A stretch of DNA of 64,000 nucleotides, taken from assembly GCA_964016885.1 (NCBI GenBank), contig OZ024760.1, forward strand, positions 21,018,001 to 21,082,000, in the 5' to 3' direction. This document shows positions 1 through 14,399 of this stretch, one piece after another (position 1 is the first letter of the stretch; every line of letters starts with the position of its first letter). Both the position numbers and the translations under genes were made by a program. The notes under the pieces are model-generated. The model was not told the origin of the DNA, made no database searches, and was given only the letters and a program-made list of their open reading frames with translations. Source of the DNA: Eledone cirrhosa (lineage: Eukaryota).

Positions 1-2215
1 TATGGTAGTTTCAGGGCATCCTTTCTTCCAAAGTTGATTAACTCGAACTTATCCTCATTCAACAGTATATTGTTCTTTTCTGCCCATTGGATAACAGCCA
101 GTAGGTCTGACTGAAGGCAAGTCCCGTCACCCACCTCATTGATGACCTTCTGGAGCTTGGAATCATCTGCGAAGATTCTTACGTTGCTGTGCTTGATGAT
201 GTCAGTAATGTCATTAATGTAGATGAAAAGAAATGGGCCCAACACAGTGCCTTGTGGGAGGCCACTGCTGACTTTGGCAGGGCTTGATTTTACTCCTTCG
301 ACTACAACATGTTGGGTTCTGTCTGTCAGGAAACATTTGATCCACTGTAGTAACTTTCCAGAGACACCAACATTGGATAGTTTTTTCAATAGAATCTTAT
401 GATCAAAGGCCTTGCTGAAATCAAGGTAGATGACATCAGTGTTGGAGCCCTCTCCCAAAGCTCTCAAAACATCATCAAAGTGATGCAGAAGTTGCGTTAG
501 GCAGTCCCTTCCATTACGGAACCCATGTTGGTTGGAGTTCAGCAGTCCGTTGCTTTCGAGAAAGTGGGTTATTCGTGATCTCACCACCCTCTCAAATACC
601 TTGATGATATGAGAGGTGAGATTGGATGGTAGTTCACTGCAAGGGACTTGTTTCCCTTTTTGAAAACTGGGACAACAGACTGGGACAACGTTTTCAGGAA
701 TATAGCCAGTGTCCAGTGAGTTCCTCCACAAATTAGCAAGAGGAGATGCAAGTTGGTGTCGACACCTTCAGGACACAAGCAAGGAACCCATCGGGGCCTA
801 CTGCTGAATTGTGTTTAATTTCGTTTGTTGCTGCTAAGATATCAGGGGCGCCAAACGTTATGTCCGATATAGTGTGTTGGGGATTAACATCACTGATACA
901 GCCCAGATCGGCCATATCAGGATTGCTGAAAACAGAGCAGTATTGTTTCTGCAGTATCTCGCTCATAGTTTGGGCATTATCTTGGAGTGTGCCATTTTCA
1001 TCAATTAGAGGGCCAACAGTGGAGACAGTGACCTCGTGTTTTTTCACAAATGAAAAGAACACTTTGGGGTTGAGTTTGATTTTCTCAATGGCCCATCTCT
1101 CCTCAGCTGTTCTTTGGTTATTGATGATGGTCTTCATGCATTGTTGGAGGTTATATTTATTTGATTCAAGCAGGGCGATAGCCGTCGAATGTGTGTGTTG
1201 CTGTTGACAGCATTTTAGTGTGTTAATTTTTTTCTTTGTTCTTTTTATTTTTCTGATAATAGTTTTTCTGTTTTGGGGGATTCTACACTTAGTTTTGTTC
1301 ACAGGTCTTAGTGGGGTGTGTTTTGCGCATATATTTGTGACAGTGTCTACAAAGATCTGCCAAGATGTTTTGATGTTGGTGAAAATGAGTGTGTGTGTAA
1401 AAGACCAGTCAACATGTGATAACTCATTCAAGATTGCATCTCAGTTGGCATGATAGAGATCCATGTTATCAAATGGGTGGGCTGGAGAGAGGTCACTAGG
1501 GTTAGCTTTCGGCTGGTGGAATCTCAGGTTACAAAGAACCATGTCATGGTCTGAAAGAAGGGTTTTTTCCACTGTAATATTATGTACAATGTCCGTGTGG
1601 TTACTAAACACTAAGTCCAAAATGTTCCTCTGATGCCTTGTTGGTGCAAGGACAAGTTGGGGCAAGAAAAACTCATTCATAAAATCGAGAAGCGACTCGA
1701 CTGCTTCTTTGTCAGTGGCTAAGGTTAGGGTGCCTGGTTTCAAACTGTTTGTAGACCAATCGACACAGGGTAGATTAAAGTCTCCCATCAAAAGTATGTT
1801 ACTAGAATGGCACTGTTGAATAAAGCACTTAAAGCTGTTGAAGCATTCTTTGAAGTGCATTATAGGTGTTTGGGGTGGCCTATAGAGCCCAACTACTCTC
1901 AGGTCATTGGCTTTGTTGTGCACAATGACTGATTCACAGTAGCCATTGGAGAATGTGATATTTCCATCTGCCGTAAAGGAATCATGCAGGGAAAATGGCA
2001 GTTCCACCCTTCCTTCTGTCGAGATGATCTGCGCGGATGGTTGTGAAATTCCTCATTCTTACTTCGGCCTCTAAGTGGGAGTTGTCAAAGTGGGTCTCGG
2101 TAAGAATGAAGAAAGGGATGTGGAGTGGATGGTTACCAACCCAGTCCTCAATGAATTGGGATCTTCCATTTCTGTGCATTGATGGATGGACTGATACCTT
2201 GTGTATTGAGTAGAA
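1..2215 (-). mobile_element. Degenerate CR1-group non-LTR retrotransposon ORF2 (APE endonuclease + RT), frameshifted, running off the left edge
   Basis: APE motifs ILTETH, GLYRPP, LMGDFNLP, LDLVF and SDHD in ORFs 1441-2179. RT motifs GPDG, NYHPISP, QHGFR, YLDFSKAFD, GSPQGTVLGP and FADD read on the minus strand at 150-800. Confidence 0.92.
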
Positions 2216-2263
2216 ATGTGGAGGCTAGTGTACTGCAGGAGGCTTATTTTGAGATTGTGTGTG

Positions 2264-2427
<164 letters not shown>

Positions 2428-3019
2428 TGCTGCCAATTATATATATAACATATATAAAGTAGAGAGAGAATAACATACATGGAGTAAGAGAGAGAAATCC
2501 AAACTGAAGGATTGTCTGTATGTGGTCATTCAATAGGCTAAAAATAACAGCGAAATCTCTCAAACCATGCAGTTATTTTTATAAGGACACATGGACACAT
2601 TAGAGAATGGCTTCCTAACAAAGAGAGATGTGGAAGAAAGTGGATTAGAGAGAGAGGAATTGACAGGCGAGACAGAAAGAGAGGGGTTAACAGAGAAAGA
2701 GAGAGGGAGAGAAAAAGAGGGAGTTAGAGATGTGAGAGAGAGGGAGAGAGATAGAATGGTTTACAGGGAAAAAGAAACAGATTCCAGAAAGAGAGGTTAC
2801 AGAGAATAAACGAGAGGTGGGGGGGGGGTTAGAAAAAAGATAGAAGAGGTTGGAGAGATGAGACAGAGAGAGGGGTTACATAGGGGTGAGATAGAGAGAA
2901 AAGGTTTAGAGAGATGAGCCAAAGAGAGAGGGGAGAGAGGGTGAAAGAGACTCCTCTATATCAATATCAATCAACCAACTACCTTACAGGTATAAATATA
3001 AAAATTCAGAGAGGTGTTC

Positions 3020-3293
3020 CCTTTCACCACCACCACCACCACAACATACATTTCCTGACAGGATAAAGTGGTAGGGTGGTGATGGAGGTGGTTGTAGTAA
3101 TGGGGGTGAGGTGTGATGGTGATGGGGGCGTTGTTGGTGGTGATGATGGAGGTAGTTGTAGAACTGGCAATGATGATGATGATGATGGAGTGGTGGTGAT
3201 ATGGGTGGTGGTGGTGATGATGGAGGTGGTTGTAGTAATGGTGATGATGGAGTGGTGGTGGTGGTGATGATGGAGGTAGTTGTAGAAATGGCA

Positions 3294-3339
<46 letters not shown>

Positions 3340-3590
3340 GTGGTGGTGATATGGGTGATGATGATGATGGAGGTGGTTGTAGTAATGGTGATGATGGAGT
3401 GGTGGTGATGGAGTGGTGGTGGTGATGATGGAGGGGGTAGTGATGGAGGTGAGGTGGTGATGGAGGGGAGGTGGTTGTAGTAATGGCAATGATGATGGAG
3501 TGGTGGTGGGGATTTTGGTAATGGTAGTAGTGGTATTGGTGGTGATATTCTGATTGATATGACCATTCAGGTGGTGGTGGTGGTGGTTGT
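3020..3590. repeat. (GGT/GAT)n low-complexity region
   Basis: Directly visible triplet repeats. Confidence 0.9.
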
Positions 3591-3970
3591 TTAGCCCTAG
3601 GTTATCCATGAGCAAGTACAGTTCACTATGATCAAAGACAACCGTGATCATATGAGTGTCCTTTCTGATGTGGTTGTTGTTTAGCCCGAGGTCAACCATG
3701 ACCAAGTACAGTTCACTATGATCAAAGACAGTGGTGATCATATGTGTCCTTTCTGATGTGGTTGTTGTTTAGCCCTAGGTCAACCATGACCAAGTACAGT
3801 TCACTATGATCAAAGACAGTGGTGATCATATGTGTCCTTTCTGATGTGGTTGTTGTTTAGCCCTAGGTCAACCATGACCAAGTATAGTTCACTATGATCA
3901 AAGACAGTGGTGATCATATGTGTCCTTTCTGATGTGGTTGTTGTTTAGCCCTAGGTCAACCATGACCGAA
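3580..3970. repeat. 88-bp tandem repeat, about 4.5 copies
   Basis: ctttctgatgtggttgttgtttagccc recurs at 3661, 3749, 3837 and 3925. Confidence 0.93.
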
Positions 3971-4029
3971 TACAGTCTACTCAGTAAAGAAACAGAGCTA
4001 TGATGAGACATTCCGGCCATGACTGTATA

Positions 4030-4145
4030 TAATAATTGTTTCTACTTTTTGGCACAAGGCCAGCAATTAACCAGTGCATTACTGGTACTTTATTTTATCG
4101 ACCCCCGTGTAAGGATGAAAAGCAAAGTTAACCTCAGCGGGATTT
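4030..4145 (-). mobile_element. Meta-type tRNA SINE, 3' fragment
   Basis: Reverse complement of CTTTCATCCTTAC..GGGGTCGATAAAATAAAGTACCAGT, shared with the fuller copies at 21305 and 60295. Confidence 0.8.
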
Positions 4146-4604
4146 ATCTATCCTTAGGTCTCCTGCCAGTTGGGTTTGCTCATAAAATCTGTTCAGTGAT
4201 TCTTTCCTGAGCCAATAATAATGGACTACATTGTCTAATGTATCCCTTTTAATGTTGTTGTGGTTGTTGTTTAGCCCTAGGTCGACCATGACTGAGTACT
4301 CTACTCAGTAAAGAGACAGATCAGAGACATTCCAGCCGTGTCCTGTCCACAGGTTGTCTTTTTTTCTTATGAGTGTGTAGACCTGCATTCTTCAAGGTGT
4401 GCTTTTGTTGCTCTTCAGTCCGAGGTCAAACCAGATCGAACCAGATCGAACCGACATATGATCGAAAGACAATCCGGTCTGAGACCAAATCTATTGTCCA
4501 AAATGTGTCTTATATGTATAAACAATAAAAATGGGTTGGGTGTGAATTGAGGGAGATTCGACTGCTGTTTCTAGCAGTGAGTGATCACGTAGAGGTTGCT
4601 CCAC

Positions 4605-5880
4605 CACTGACAACATCAATACCACACCACGACTATAACTACCATCAACACCACACCACACAACTACTACCATCACACCACCAACAGCATCAATACCACA
4701 CCACGACTATAACTACCATCAACACCACACCACACAACTACTACCATCACACCACCAACAGCATCAATACCACACCACGACTATAACTACCATCAACACC
4801 ACACCACACAACTACTACCATCACACCACCAACAACATCAATACCACGACTATAACTACCATCAACACCACACCACACAACTACTACCATCACACCACCA
4901 ACAGCATCAATACCACACCACGACTATAACTACCATCAACACCACACCACACAACTACTACCATCACACCACCAACAGCATCAATACCACACCACGACTA
5001 TAACCACCATCAACACCACACCACACAACTACTACCATCACGCCACCAACAGCATCAATACCACACCACGACTATAACTACCATCAACACAACACCACAC
5101 AACTACTACCATCACACCACTAACAGCATCAATACCACACCACGACTATAACCACCATCAACACCACACCACACAACTACTACCATCACACCACCAACAG
5201 CATCAATACCACACCACGACTATAACTACCATCAACACCACACCACACCACACGGCTACTACCATCACACCACCAACAGCATCAATACCACACCACGACT
5301 ATAACTACCATCAACACCACACCACACAACTACTACCATCACACCACCAACAGCATCAATACCACACCACGACTATAACTACCATCAACACCACACCACA
5401 CAACTACTACCATCACACCACCAACAGCATCAATACCACACCACGACTATAACTACCATCAACACCACACCACACAACTACTACCATCACACCACCAACA
5501 ACATCAATACCAACACCACACCACCACTATAACAATTACCATCAACACCACACCACTACTACTACTACTACTACCAGCAATACCACCCCACACCACCACT
5601 AACAGCATCAATACCAACACCACACCACCACTAACAGCATCAATACCACCATACCACCACCATCAATACCACCACTACACCACCACTAATACCACCACTA
5701 CACCACCATCAATACCACCACTACACCACCACCATCAATACCACCACTATACCACCACTACACTACCACCACCACTACAGCACCACCATCAATACCAGTA
5801 CCATACCACCATCAATACCACCACTACAGCACCACCATCAATACCACTACTACAACACCACCACTACACCACCACAACAC
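4605..5880. repeat. 74-bp CAC/ACC-rich minisatellite decaying into (CAC)n
   Basis: ccaacagcatcaataccacaccacgactataactaccatc recurs with a period of about 74 bp. Confidence 0.93.
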
Positions 5881-6079
5881 AGAAAGAACCATGAAATGGC
5901 GACAGTAGCGAAAGATAAAAAGATAGCTATAAAGATAAGTCAGTACGTTTATGTATGAAGGGGTGTGTGTGTATATATAAACACACACACACACATAACC
6001 ATATTTACATATATATTATGGAACTAGCTGTTAAAATGGCAAGAGCTCAACCGTCGGGTCCCAACTCTTTATAATATAT

Positions 6080-6110
<31 letters not shown>

Positions 6111-6170
6111 TATATATATATATTGCATACACACACACAATGAAATATACGTTTAATAAAATATAGAAAC

Positions 6171-6220
6171 GGCTTCTACAGGACTAGAACTGTTTCATTC
6201 ATAAGAAATCATCAGGAAAG
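6171..6220 (-). ncRNA. Type I hammerhead ribozyme, family A (left arm of palindrome ~6162-6273)
   Basis: Minus strand reads ctttc CTGATGA tttcttatgaat GAAA cag ttctagtc ctg TA gaagcc. The inverted plus-strand copy at 6221-6267 has CAGATGA. Confidence 0.75.
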
Positions 6221-6377
6221 CCCAGATGATTTCTTACGAATGAAACAGTTCTAGTCCTGTAGAAGCCATTTCTAATATTAAATTTTCTATATATTCTACA
6301 AATGTATTGAGTACTTCATTTACAGTGTTTACCCCCGATTGAACCAAAGACTCATATATATATATATATATATAATA

Positions 6378-6425
<48 letters not shown>

Positions 6426-6993
6426 TATATATATATATATACACACATACATATATATATATATATATATTTCTTTCTTAACTCCGTTGATCCATCTTGG
6501 TTCTTAAGAAAGAAATCACGATCGGCGGCATTAAATGACGTCTTTGAAATTACATCTACCAAATCTACCATGTTTGTTATTGCTGTTGTTGAAGGCCTCA
6601 TTCAGCCGTGATCCAGCCAAGACATATATGAACAAACCAACACATTCCATTCACGACCACCACCGTCAAATTTTCAGACATCCAATGTGTCCTTTCTTTA
6701 TTTGTGGTTTGACATCTGAAGATGAGTGTGTGAAGGTTGTGTGCGTGTGAAAGAAAGAGAGAGAAGAGAGAGATCTGGCTGTTGTTTCTAGCAAGTTCGT
6801 TAAGTACATAGAGGTCATTCCTTCATATTTGGCAACAAACGGCGCATCTACCAGGTTTAAATGGTTTATGAGAAAGACTTAATATGTGCAGCTTGTAAAT
6901 ATGTGCAGCTTGTACACACATATATATAGAGAGGTGTGATGTATACCTACATACCTACACACACGTGTACGGTATGTGTGTGTACATATATAT

Positions 6994-7048
<55 letters not shown>

Positions 7049-7331
7049 TGTACGTCTGTGTATATAGTACTTGTCTCTCTTTCTCTCATATGTGTGTGCG
7101 TAAGTATCTTTGTTATATATAGAAATGACTTCAACATGACTAGAAAACAGTTCTAGTCCTGTAGAAGTCATTTCTATATATAATAAATATTATTATATGC
7201 CTGGTTGTCACCGATCTGTCTAGTTCGTTTGTCTACCAGCATATCAGAAAATAATTATACATTTTCCATATATTTTATCTGGGGAGGACATGTTTAGCTT
7301 TTTATGTTATACATAAAACTTTACATCTTTG

Positions 7332-7372
<41 letters not shown>

Positions 7373-7652
7373 GAAATAAATATAGATGATATAAAGTATA
7401 TATCTTTCGTTTATTACTATTATTATGATAATATATATATATAAATATATATATATACATATATATATATATAGTAATAATAATAAATTTCAAGACTAAA
7501 ATCCAAAGAGGGCTCGATAAGGATAAATATATATCAAATATATAAGAACCGTAGAGCAAATATTTATTAATCTGTTATTTTAATAAATATATATATATAT
7601 ATATGTTATAGAATACTATTAGCTTCTCGCTAAAACAATTTCTATACCTTTC

Positions 7653-7693
<41 letters not shown>

Positions 7694-8011
7694 CACAAAT
7701 GTGTGTGTAATTAAATATTATTGCTGTATTTGCAGCTCTGTGTATATAATATGATATATCAAACAGATATGTATGTATATGTATAGAGAGAGGGGGGAGA
7801 AAGAGCCGTGTTTATATGTGTACAAATACACGTGAGTATATATGTATGTTTCATAAAATCGGTTAAAAGCAAAAAATATGGCATTTAAAAAAAACTAATA
7901 AATCTTACGATAAATAACACATATTTTTGCTTTTTGTTTAATTCTCTAGACCCGCTTTTTCTCATTCCAGTAGAGTCGAACACATGTGTGAGGAAGGAAG
8001 CATATGTGGGG

Positions 8012-8064
<53 letters not shown>

Positions 8065-8321
8065 CGTGGTGCATGTATGTATTCTATATCTATCTGGTCT
8101 CTCTCTAGATATATATATATATATATATATATATAAAGAAGGAAATGTGGTAAGGAACCAGGTGGACCATAACGCACCAAAGTACTCAATACTTAGGGTA
8201 GTAGAGTGGGTAATAGGAACGAGCTCAGCCGTCGAGGTCCTACTCGTTCCTATATATATATATATATGTGTGTGTGTGTGATGTGGTATGTGCATAGATA
8301 TATGTTTGGTGTGTACATGTA

Positions 8322-8395
<74 letters not shown>

Positions 8396-8571
8396 TGCCT
8401 GATGTGGTATGTGTATATATATATATGTGTGTGTGGTCTGTTATATGCATAAGCATGGTGTGTTCATGCATGTATATATATAGAGATAGAGAGATAGATA
8501 GAGTGAGCAATCAACTCAATGTCGAAACTGAGGATATGTATATTGATATGTCTTAAATATCTATGTCTTAC

Positions 8572-8612
8572 CAGGTGGTTTCGTAGACAGCTATGTGTAA
8601 CTACTTTAGATG
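8572..8612 (-). CDS. Putative coding exon 2 of a secreted-protein gene, (A)SKVVTHSCLRNHL
   Basis: Acceptor tgtttttttaatAG, 41-nt exon, donor GTAAGA. Phase-1 start matches exon 1 and the frame is open. Confidence 0.55.
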
Positions 8613-8880
8613 CTATTAAAAAAACATCTTTATACTATAATCAAAACCAGCTATGTATACGAAACCGCTTGATAATTCATAGACATGTCAAACTGTTAAT
8701 ATATCTATATATATAAAGTATTATATATAACAAGAGATAAAACAAAGTACCAGTAATGCGCTGGTTTGTTGTTGGCCTTGTGTCTAACGTAGAAACAATT
8801 ATATATAACAAGAGAAGCCAATATATGTATTTATTATCATCATATAATGTCCTTTCTCCTTGTAGGAAGAGTTGAACGGG

Positions 8881-8912
<32 letters not shown>

Positions 8913-8983
8913 GAGCTTCCAACCGACATGGTCGCATTCTTTAAGGGTATGTCAATATTTGTTTATAAAACTGATCTATATTA

Positions 8984-9048
8984 TATTTTATCTGATGAAA
9001 GCGCACCATAATTTGCTTTGGTGTCCTTGAAATATGTATAATGAAATA
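8984..9048 (+). ncRNA. Type I hammerhead ribozyme, family B
   Basis: tattttat CTGATGA aagcgcacca..tggtgtcctt GAAA tatgta TA atgaaata; 8-bp stem I. Confidence 0.75.
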
Positions 9049-9135
9049 AATATGGTTTTATAAATATAGTTTCCATTTGTTAATATATTGTATATATATA
9101 TATATATATATATATAATTGTGTGTATATATAGTC

Positions 9136-9168
<33 letters not shown>

Positions 9169-9600
9169 AAGAATGGTTTTCCGAAGAAGAACGGAAAGGA
9201 TTCACAGATAAATAAGGTAATCAATATATGAGAGAAGGTAAATATGTCCAGATGTTATTGAATAAATGAAACAGTTCTAGTCCTGTATGAGTCATTTCTA
9301 TATGAAATAAATAAAAATGTGTGTGAATCTGCATATGGTCTTTGTGTATGTGTGTGAATGTGCGCTTGTGTCTTTATGTGTGAATGTGTATACGTATGTG
9401 AAAGTGGGCCTCTCTGTGTGTGTGTATGTATGTGCAGGTGATGAAAAAATAAACTAAAATATATTTTCGAAATGTGATGTGATGCGTGCGTATGTGTAAT
9501 GTGATGTAATGTGTGTGAATGCGTGTCTGTGCGTAATGTGATGCGATGTGTGTGTAACGTGATACGATTTGTGTGTGTGTCTGCGTGTGTATGTAATGCG

Positions 9601-9634
<34 letters not shown>

Positions 9635-9913
9635 AATCGAATCGACGACGAGTCGTTTAAGAAATAAACTGCTGCGGTGTGAGAAGGTGAACGAGTATGA
9701 ATTGCTTAGGTGGATGAAGATAAACCAAAACAATGAAAGAACGTAGCCCCAGTAACCGTATACAAAACAAGGAACACATACACATACACTGACGGACACA
9801 CACACACACAATAAATAAACGAAAAAGAAAATCGATTCGTCAATGAGATGTTTGATTGAAATTGTGTAAAATTAAATAAAAATTATATAAAAATAATATA
9901 ATTTTCTTCTTAC

Positions 9914-9989
9914 CTTGGGACAGAACATCGCACAATAAGAGGAACAGCAGAAAGACCATTATTAACAGATGTGATTGCCAAACGGACAT
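9914..9989 (-). CDS. Putative first coding exon encoding a signal peptide, MSVWQSHLLIMVFLLFLLLCDVLSQ (phase 1)
   Basis: ccgaaaATG start context, 25 codons with a hydrophobic core and small residues near the predicted cleavage site, ending at CAAG/GTAAGA. Unique sequence among repeats. Confidence 0.72.
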
Positions 9990-10123
9990 TTTCGGTGGAA
10001 AAATATATTAAATATATACTAAAGAACACATTGCGTAGATTTAGTGTGGTAAATGTTTCGTCCAAGTTATTCCGTGTATTTGTTTCTGTATATATGTGTG
10101 TGTGTATATATATATATATATAG

Positions 10124-10172
<49 letters not shown>

Positions 10173-10619
10173 TATACGTCTGTCCTTCCTCCTTTAAAAT
10201 CTAGGTGAACTGATAACGCAAGCACCTTTCTCTCTGAATTTCACTTCACATCTAAATTTTAAGTTATCTCCCTTCGTCTTTCTTTGCTATTATAAACCAC
10301 TACTCACGATTTCACTGGGGTATAATTTTTCCCTCGTTTTTTTTGCAATCGACTTTTTTTTCTCCGGGGGTTTCTCTACCATTTTTTTTCGCGTATTACC
10401 AACAAATATGACCTCCAAACTATTCAAAAAACAACTAGCTTTGTACAAATAGACCATCGGTGTTTCGTGGATCTACACCCCTCTCACGTTTGGTGGGAAA
10501 TAATTATTTTTCTTCTTTTCGTTTTCGTGTTCTATCAACTAATCTGACCTCCGAACCTTCCGCAAATGTCTTTTATTTTTTCGGAAAAAAAGAGGGGGCT
10601 CACAGGACAAAAACAACAG

Positions 10620-10651
<32 letters not shown>

Positions 10652-10655
<4 letters not shown>

Positions 10656-11170
10656 TCATCATCACTGTTTAACATCCATTTTTTCACGCTAGCATGGGTT
10701 TGACGAGTTGTCCCATTGTGAGACAAATCAGATCAGATAACTATTTCAGGCATGGTTCCTAAGGCTGGATGCCCTTCCTAATGCGAACCACATTTACAGT
10801 GTGGAATGGGTGCTTTTTTTGTTGTGTCACCAACACAACCACTTTACAGTGTTGACTAGGAGCTTTTTGTCATGTCACCAACATGACCTCTCTTCTGTGT
10901 GGACTGGACGCTTTTTGTCGTGGCACCAACGCAATCACTCTACAGAGTGGACTGGGTGCTTTTGTTGTGTCACCAGCTCAACAACCTCCACACGGCAGTC
11001 AAGGCCCCTTCTTTCGCGCCACCGACCCGACCACTTTACTGGGCGGAGTGGGGCGCTTCCTGTCATGTCACCATCATGACCACTTACAGGGTGGACTGGG
11101 TGCTTATTTGTCATGTCACCAGCAAAACCACCTTGCAGGGAGGACTAGGTGCTATTTTGTCATGACACTA
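10652..11170 (-). mobile_element. SINE 3' portion with an RTE-related tail and internal ~45-bp repeats
   Basis: (CAT)n tail, gctagcatgggtt and ggatgcccttcctaa motifs shared with many copies in the window. Confidence 0.75.
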
Positions 11171-11379
11171 TAACAGAATACTCCTATGTTTTACCGGCAA
11201 AGATTCGAAACCGAATCTGAGGTTTCTCACCTCTGGGACCACCCATTGTCTTCTAGTATGATAAACCTACATACCACTTGACCTGTGACCCCAGCTTGTA
11301 GAAAGAGGAAACAAAGATGGCTACCCATAAATCAACTCATATAGACATCCTTCTAGTTAGCAGACCCGAAGCACAGGCA

Positions 11380-12180
11380 GTGTCTTCTATAAGAAATATG
11401 GTAATGAAAGGGTAAATGACATAGACAGTGTCTTTCATTAGAAATATGGTAATGAAAGGGTTAATGACATAGTCAGTGTCTTTCATTAGAAATATGGTAA
11501 TGAAAGGGTTAATGACATAGACAGTGTCTTTCATTAGAAATATGGTAATGAAAGGGTTAATGACAGACAGTATCTTTCATTAGATATTATGGTAATGAAA
11601 GGGTTAATGACATAGACAGTGTCTTTCATTAGAAATATGGTAATGAAAGGGTTAATGACATAGTCAGTGTCTTTCATTAGAAATATAGTAATGAAAGGGT
11701 TAATGACATAGACAGTGTCTTTCATTAGAAATATGGTAATGAAAGGGTTAATGACATAGACAGTGTCTTTCATTAGAAATATGGTAATGAAAGGGTTAAT
11801 GACATAGTCAGTGTCTTTCATTAGAAATATAGTAATGAAAGGGTTAATGACATAGACAGTGTCTTTCATTAGAAATATGGTAATGAAAGGGTTAATGACA
11901 GTGTCTTTCATTAGAAATATGGTAATGAAAGGGTTAATGACAGACAGTATCTTTCATTAGATATTATGGTAATGAAAGGGTTAATGAGATAGACAGTGTC
12001 TTTCATTAGAAATATGGTAATGAAAGGGTTAATGACATAGTCAGTGTCTTTCATTAGAAATATAGTAATGAAAGGGTTAATGACATAGACAGTGTCTTTC
12101 ATTAGAAATATGGTAATGAAAGGGTTAATGACATAGACAGTGTCTTTCATTAGAAATATGGTAATGAAAGGGTTAATGAA
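11380..12180. repeat. 48-bp minisatellite, about 16 copies, containing a TTAA-type MITE terminus
   Basis: Unit acagtgtctttcattagaaatatggtaatgaaagggttaatgacatag. The same aatatggtaatgaaagggttaa occurs singly at 40801-40822. Confidence 0.93.
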
Positions 12181-12474
12181 ATATTTTGCATAATAATTGT
12201 TTCTAATATAGGCACAAGGCCAGAAATTCGTGGGGAGAGAGCAGAGAACCGAATTGATTTTATTAACCCAAATATTTAACTGGTACTTTATTTTATCAAT
12301 TGGGAACGGCCATAGATTAGCAATTCTCTACTTTCTCACATAGCTCCATTCAATGTTTTAGTCAGAAATGTGTTTATATATGAGCTAGGTAGGCTATAAC
12401 CCAGGGCCCTACTGTCCAAGAGGAGGCCCCACCCCATTTTAAATATATATTAAATTATAGCTTTGAAACTGCAA

Positions 12475-12738
12475 AGTGCTCGTGGAGGTGCCACGGCAAA
12501 AAATGCACCCAGCCCACACTGTAAAGTGGACGTGTAGGCGCCACGGAAAAAAGCACCCAGCACTCACTGTAAATGAGGTTGGTGTTAGGAAGGGCATCCA
12601 GCTGTAGAAATCAAGCCAGAATCAGTTCTCATATGAGCAAGACAAGGTCAGCCGACTGGACACTGCTCACCAGGACAACCCATTTAACCCATGCTAGCGT
12701 GGAAGAACGGGCGTAAAACGATTATGATGATGATGATG
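12475..12738 (+). mobile_element. CORE-SINE 3' half with RTE-related tail
   Basis: ggttggtgttaggaagggcatccagctgtagaaa motif and (ATG)n tail. Confidence 0.8.
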
Positions 12739-13703
12739 AAACATGATATTTTTGCTATAACACATATAAGAGTGGTCACCAGTACTAGATTTACAGCACA
12801 GGGTCTTATTGTCAATAAGGACCTCATTCTGTTTTATATATACAATATATATTAAAATATACATTAAAATATAGCTATGAATCACAACATTATTGTCAAA
12901 ATTTAGAATATCATAATTGTTATTAAATACATCTTTTTTCTTTAAGTCTCACATCTGTTTTAGTGGTCAGCATAGATCAATATTGGAACCTCAACATTGA
13001 TCTATATGTAGGTCATGAACAGGTGTTGGTGTGAAGGGTGGGGAGTGGTCCCAAATATTGTCTATTCCATGGACATTAGTTGCTTTAATCCTGCCCTATC
13101 TTTAAGTCTTACCTCTGTTTTATACATCAGCATAGACCGATACTGGAACCTCAGTAAAGTAGGCCTACATTTATGTACTTTTAATTTTCAATAAGTTTTT
13201 TTGTGAGCAGGCGTTGGGTGGCCTAAATGTTCTCCAGTTCAGAGTCCCTCTTGGCTTATCTTGGCTCTGATGGAATGTATCAAAGTTGGAATTTCAATAT
13301 TGATCTATATTGATCTATATGTCTTCATTGATTCACTCTAAATTTTTATTTTTGTTTCTTGAAAGCAGGTATTGGTGTGGACTAGTCACAAATACTGTAT
13401 ATCCAGGGACCTTAGTTGTTTTAATCTTGCCCTGTCTTTAGGTGTTACCTCTATCTTTAAGGTCAGCATAGATCGATGTTGGAACCTGAGTAAAGTTCTC
13501 TATGTAGGCCTACATTCATGTACTCTAAATTTTCATTAAGTTTCTTGAAAGCAGATACTGAGGGACCTGAATGTTCTCAAGCTCAGCGTCCCTAGGGGAA
13601 CCCAAATTTTCTCAATCTAAGGAACCCTGTGGAACCCAAATATTTTCTATCCCCCTGGGATGCTTTAATCTGCCCTTGAAATGAAGATATGTGCTTTCAT
13701 TAT

Positions 13704-13770
<67 letters not shown>

Positions 13771-13893
13771 TAATGGTCAGTTATAGTCACTAAAGTCTTT
13801 CTCTTAGAGAAACTAATAATTTGTTTAGTAAAGAGTCATGACCTTTTAAAAGCAGCGGAGAGTGGTCTGAAAAACCTTACATAGAATGCTTCC

Positions 13894-14188
13894 TTAACCC
13901 TTTAGCATTTTCATTACTTTATATTTACTATTGTATTTTCACAGTAAAGGCTTTACCTCACATAATTATCTCACATAACATTTACATTACTCTATATATA
14001 TACTATTATATTTTCACAGTAAAGGTTTTATCTTGCTTAATTATTTCACATAATATCAAATCTATGAGATTTTGATATTATTTATTTTGAGAATAATACT
14101 TTAACATAAGTATGAGCGGCTGGTTTTGAATAGAAAGAGGCGTGAGAATTCTAGTCGGATACGGCCGGTTTAAATGCTAAAGAGTTAA
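13894..14188. mobile_element. piggyBac-like MITE
   Basis: TTAA CCCTTTAGCATTT ... AAATGCTAAAGAG TTAA: terminal inverted repeats with a TTAA duplication. Confidence 0.75.
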
Positions 14189-14399
14189 TTAAACTATAAA
14201 TATACAGTAGAACTAAACATTCACTATAGAACACACGGGCCAAATGATCTGGACAATATGGAGATGTGGGTTGAAAGAATGTTTGATGAGCAAACAACAC
14301 AATCACATGCTCCTCACCACTACCATCACACTTTAAAACCCTCATCACCAGATTTTGTACTGTAGAACTAGGAATGGTGTCAGGTGGTTTGATAGCAAA

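Noticed and set aside
2971-3741. His/Thr/Pro-rich ORFs
   Set aside because: Triplet low-complexity sequence that is open in several frames and on both strands.
6470-6590. Minus-strand coding-like patch [33 protein letters not shown] as exon 3
   Set aside because: Weak acceptors and no convincing donor before the TA tract; kept only as a candidate.
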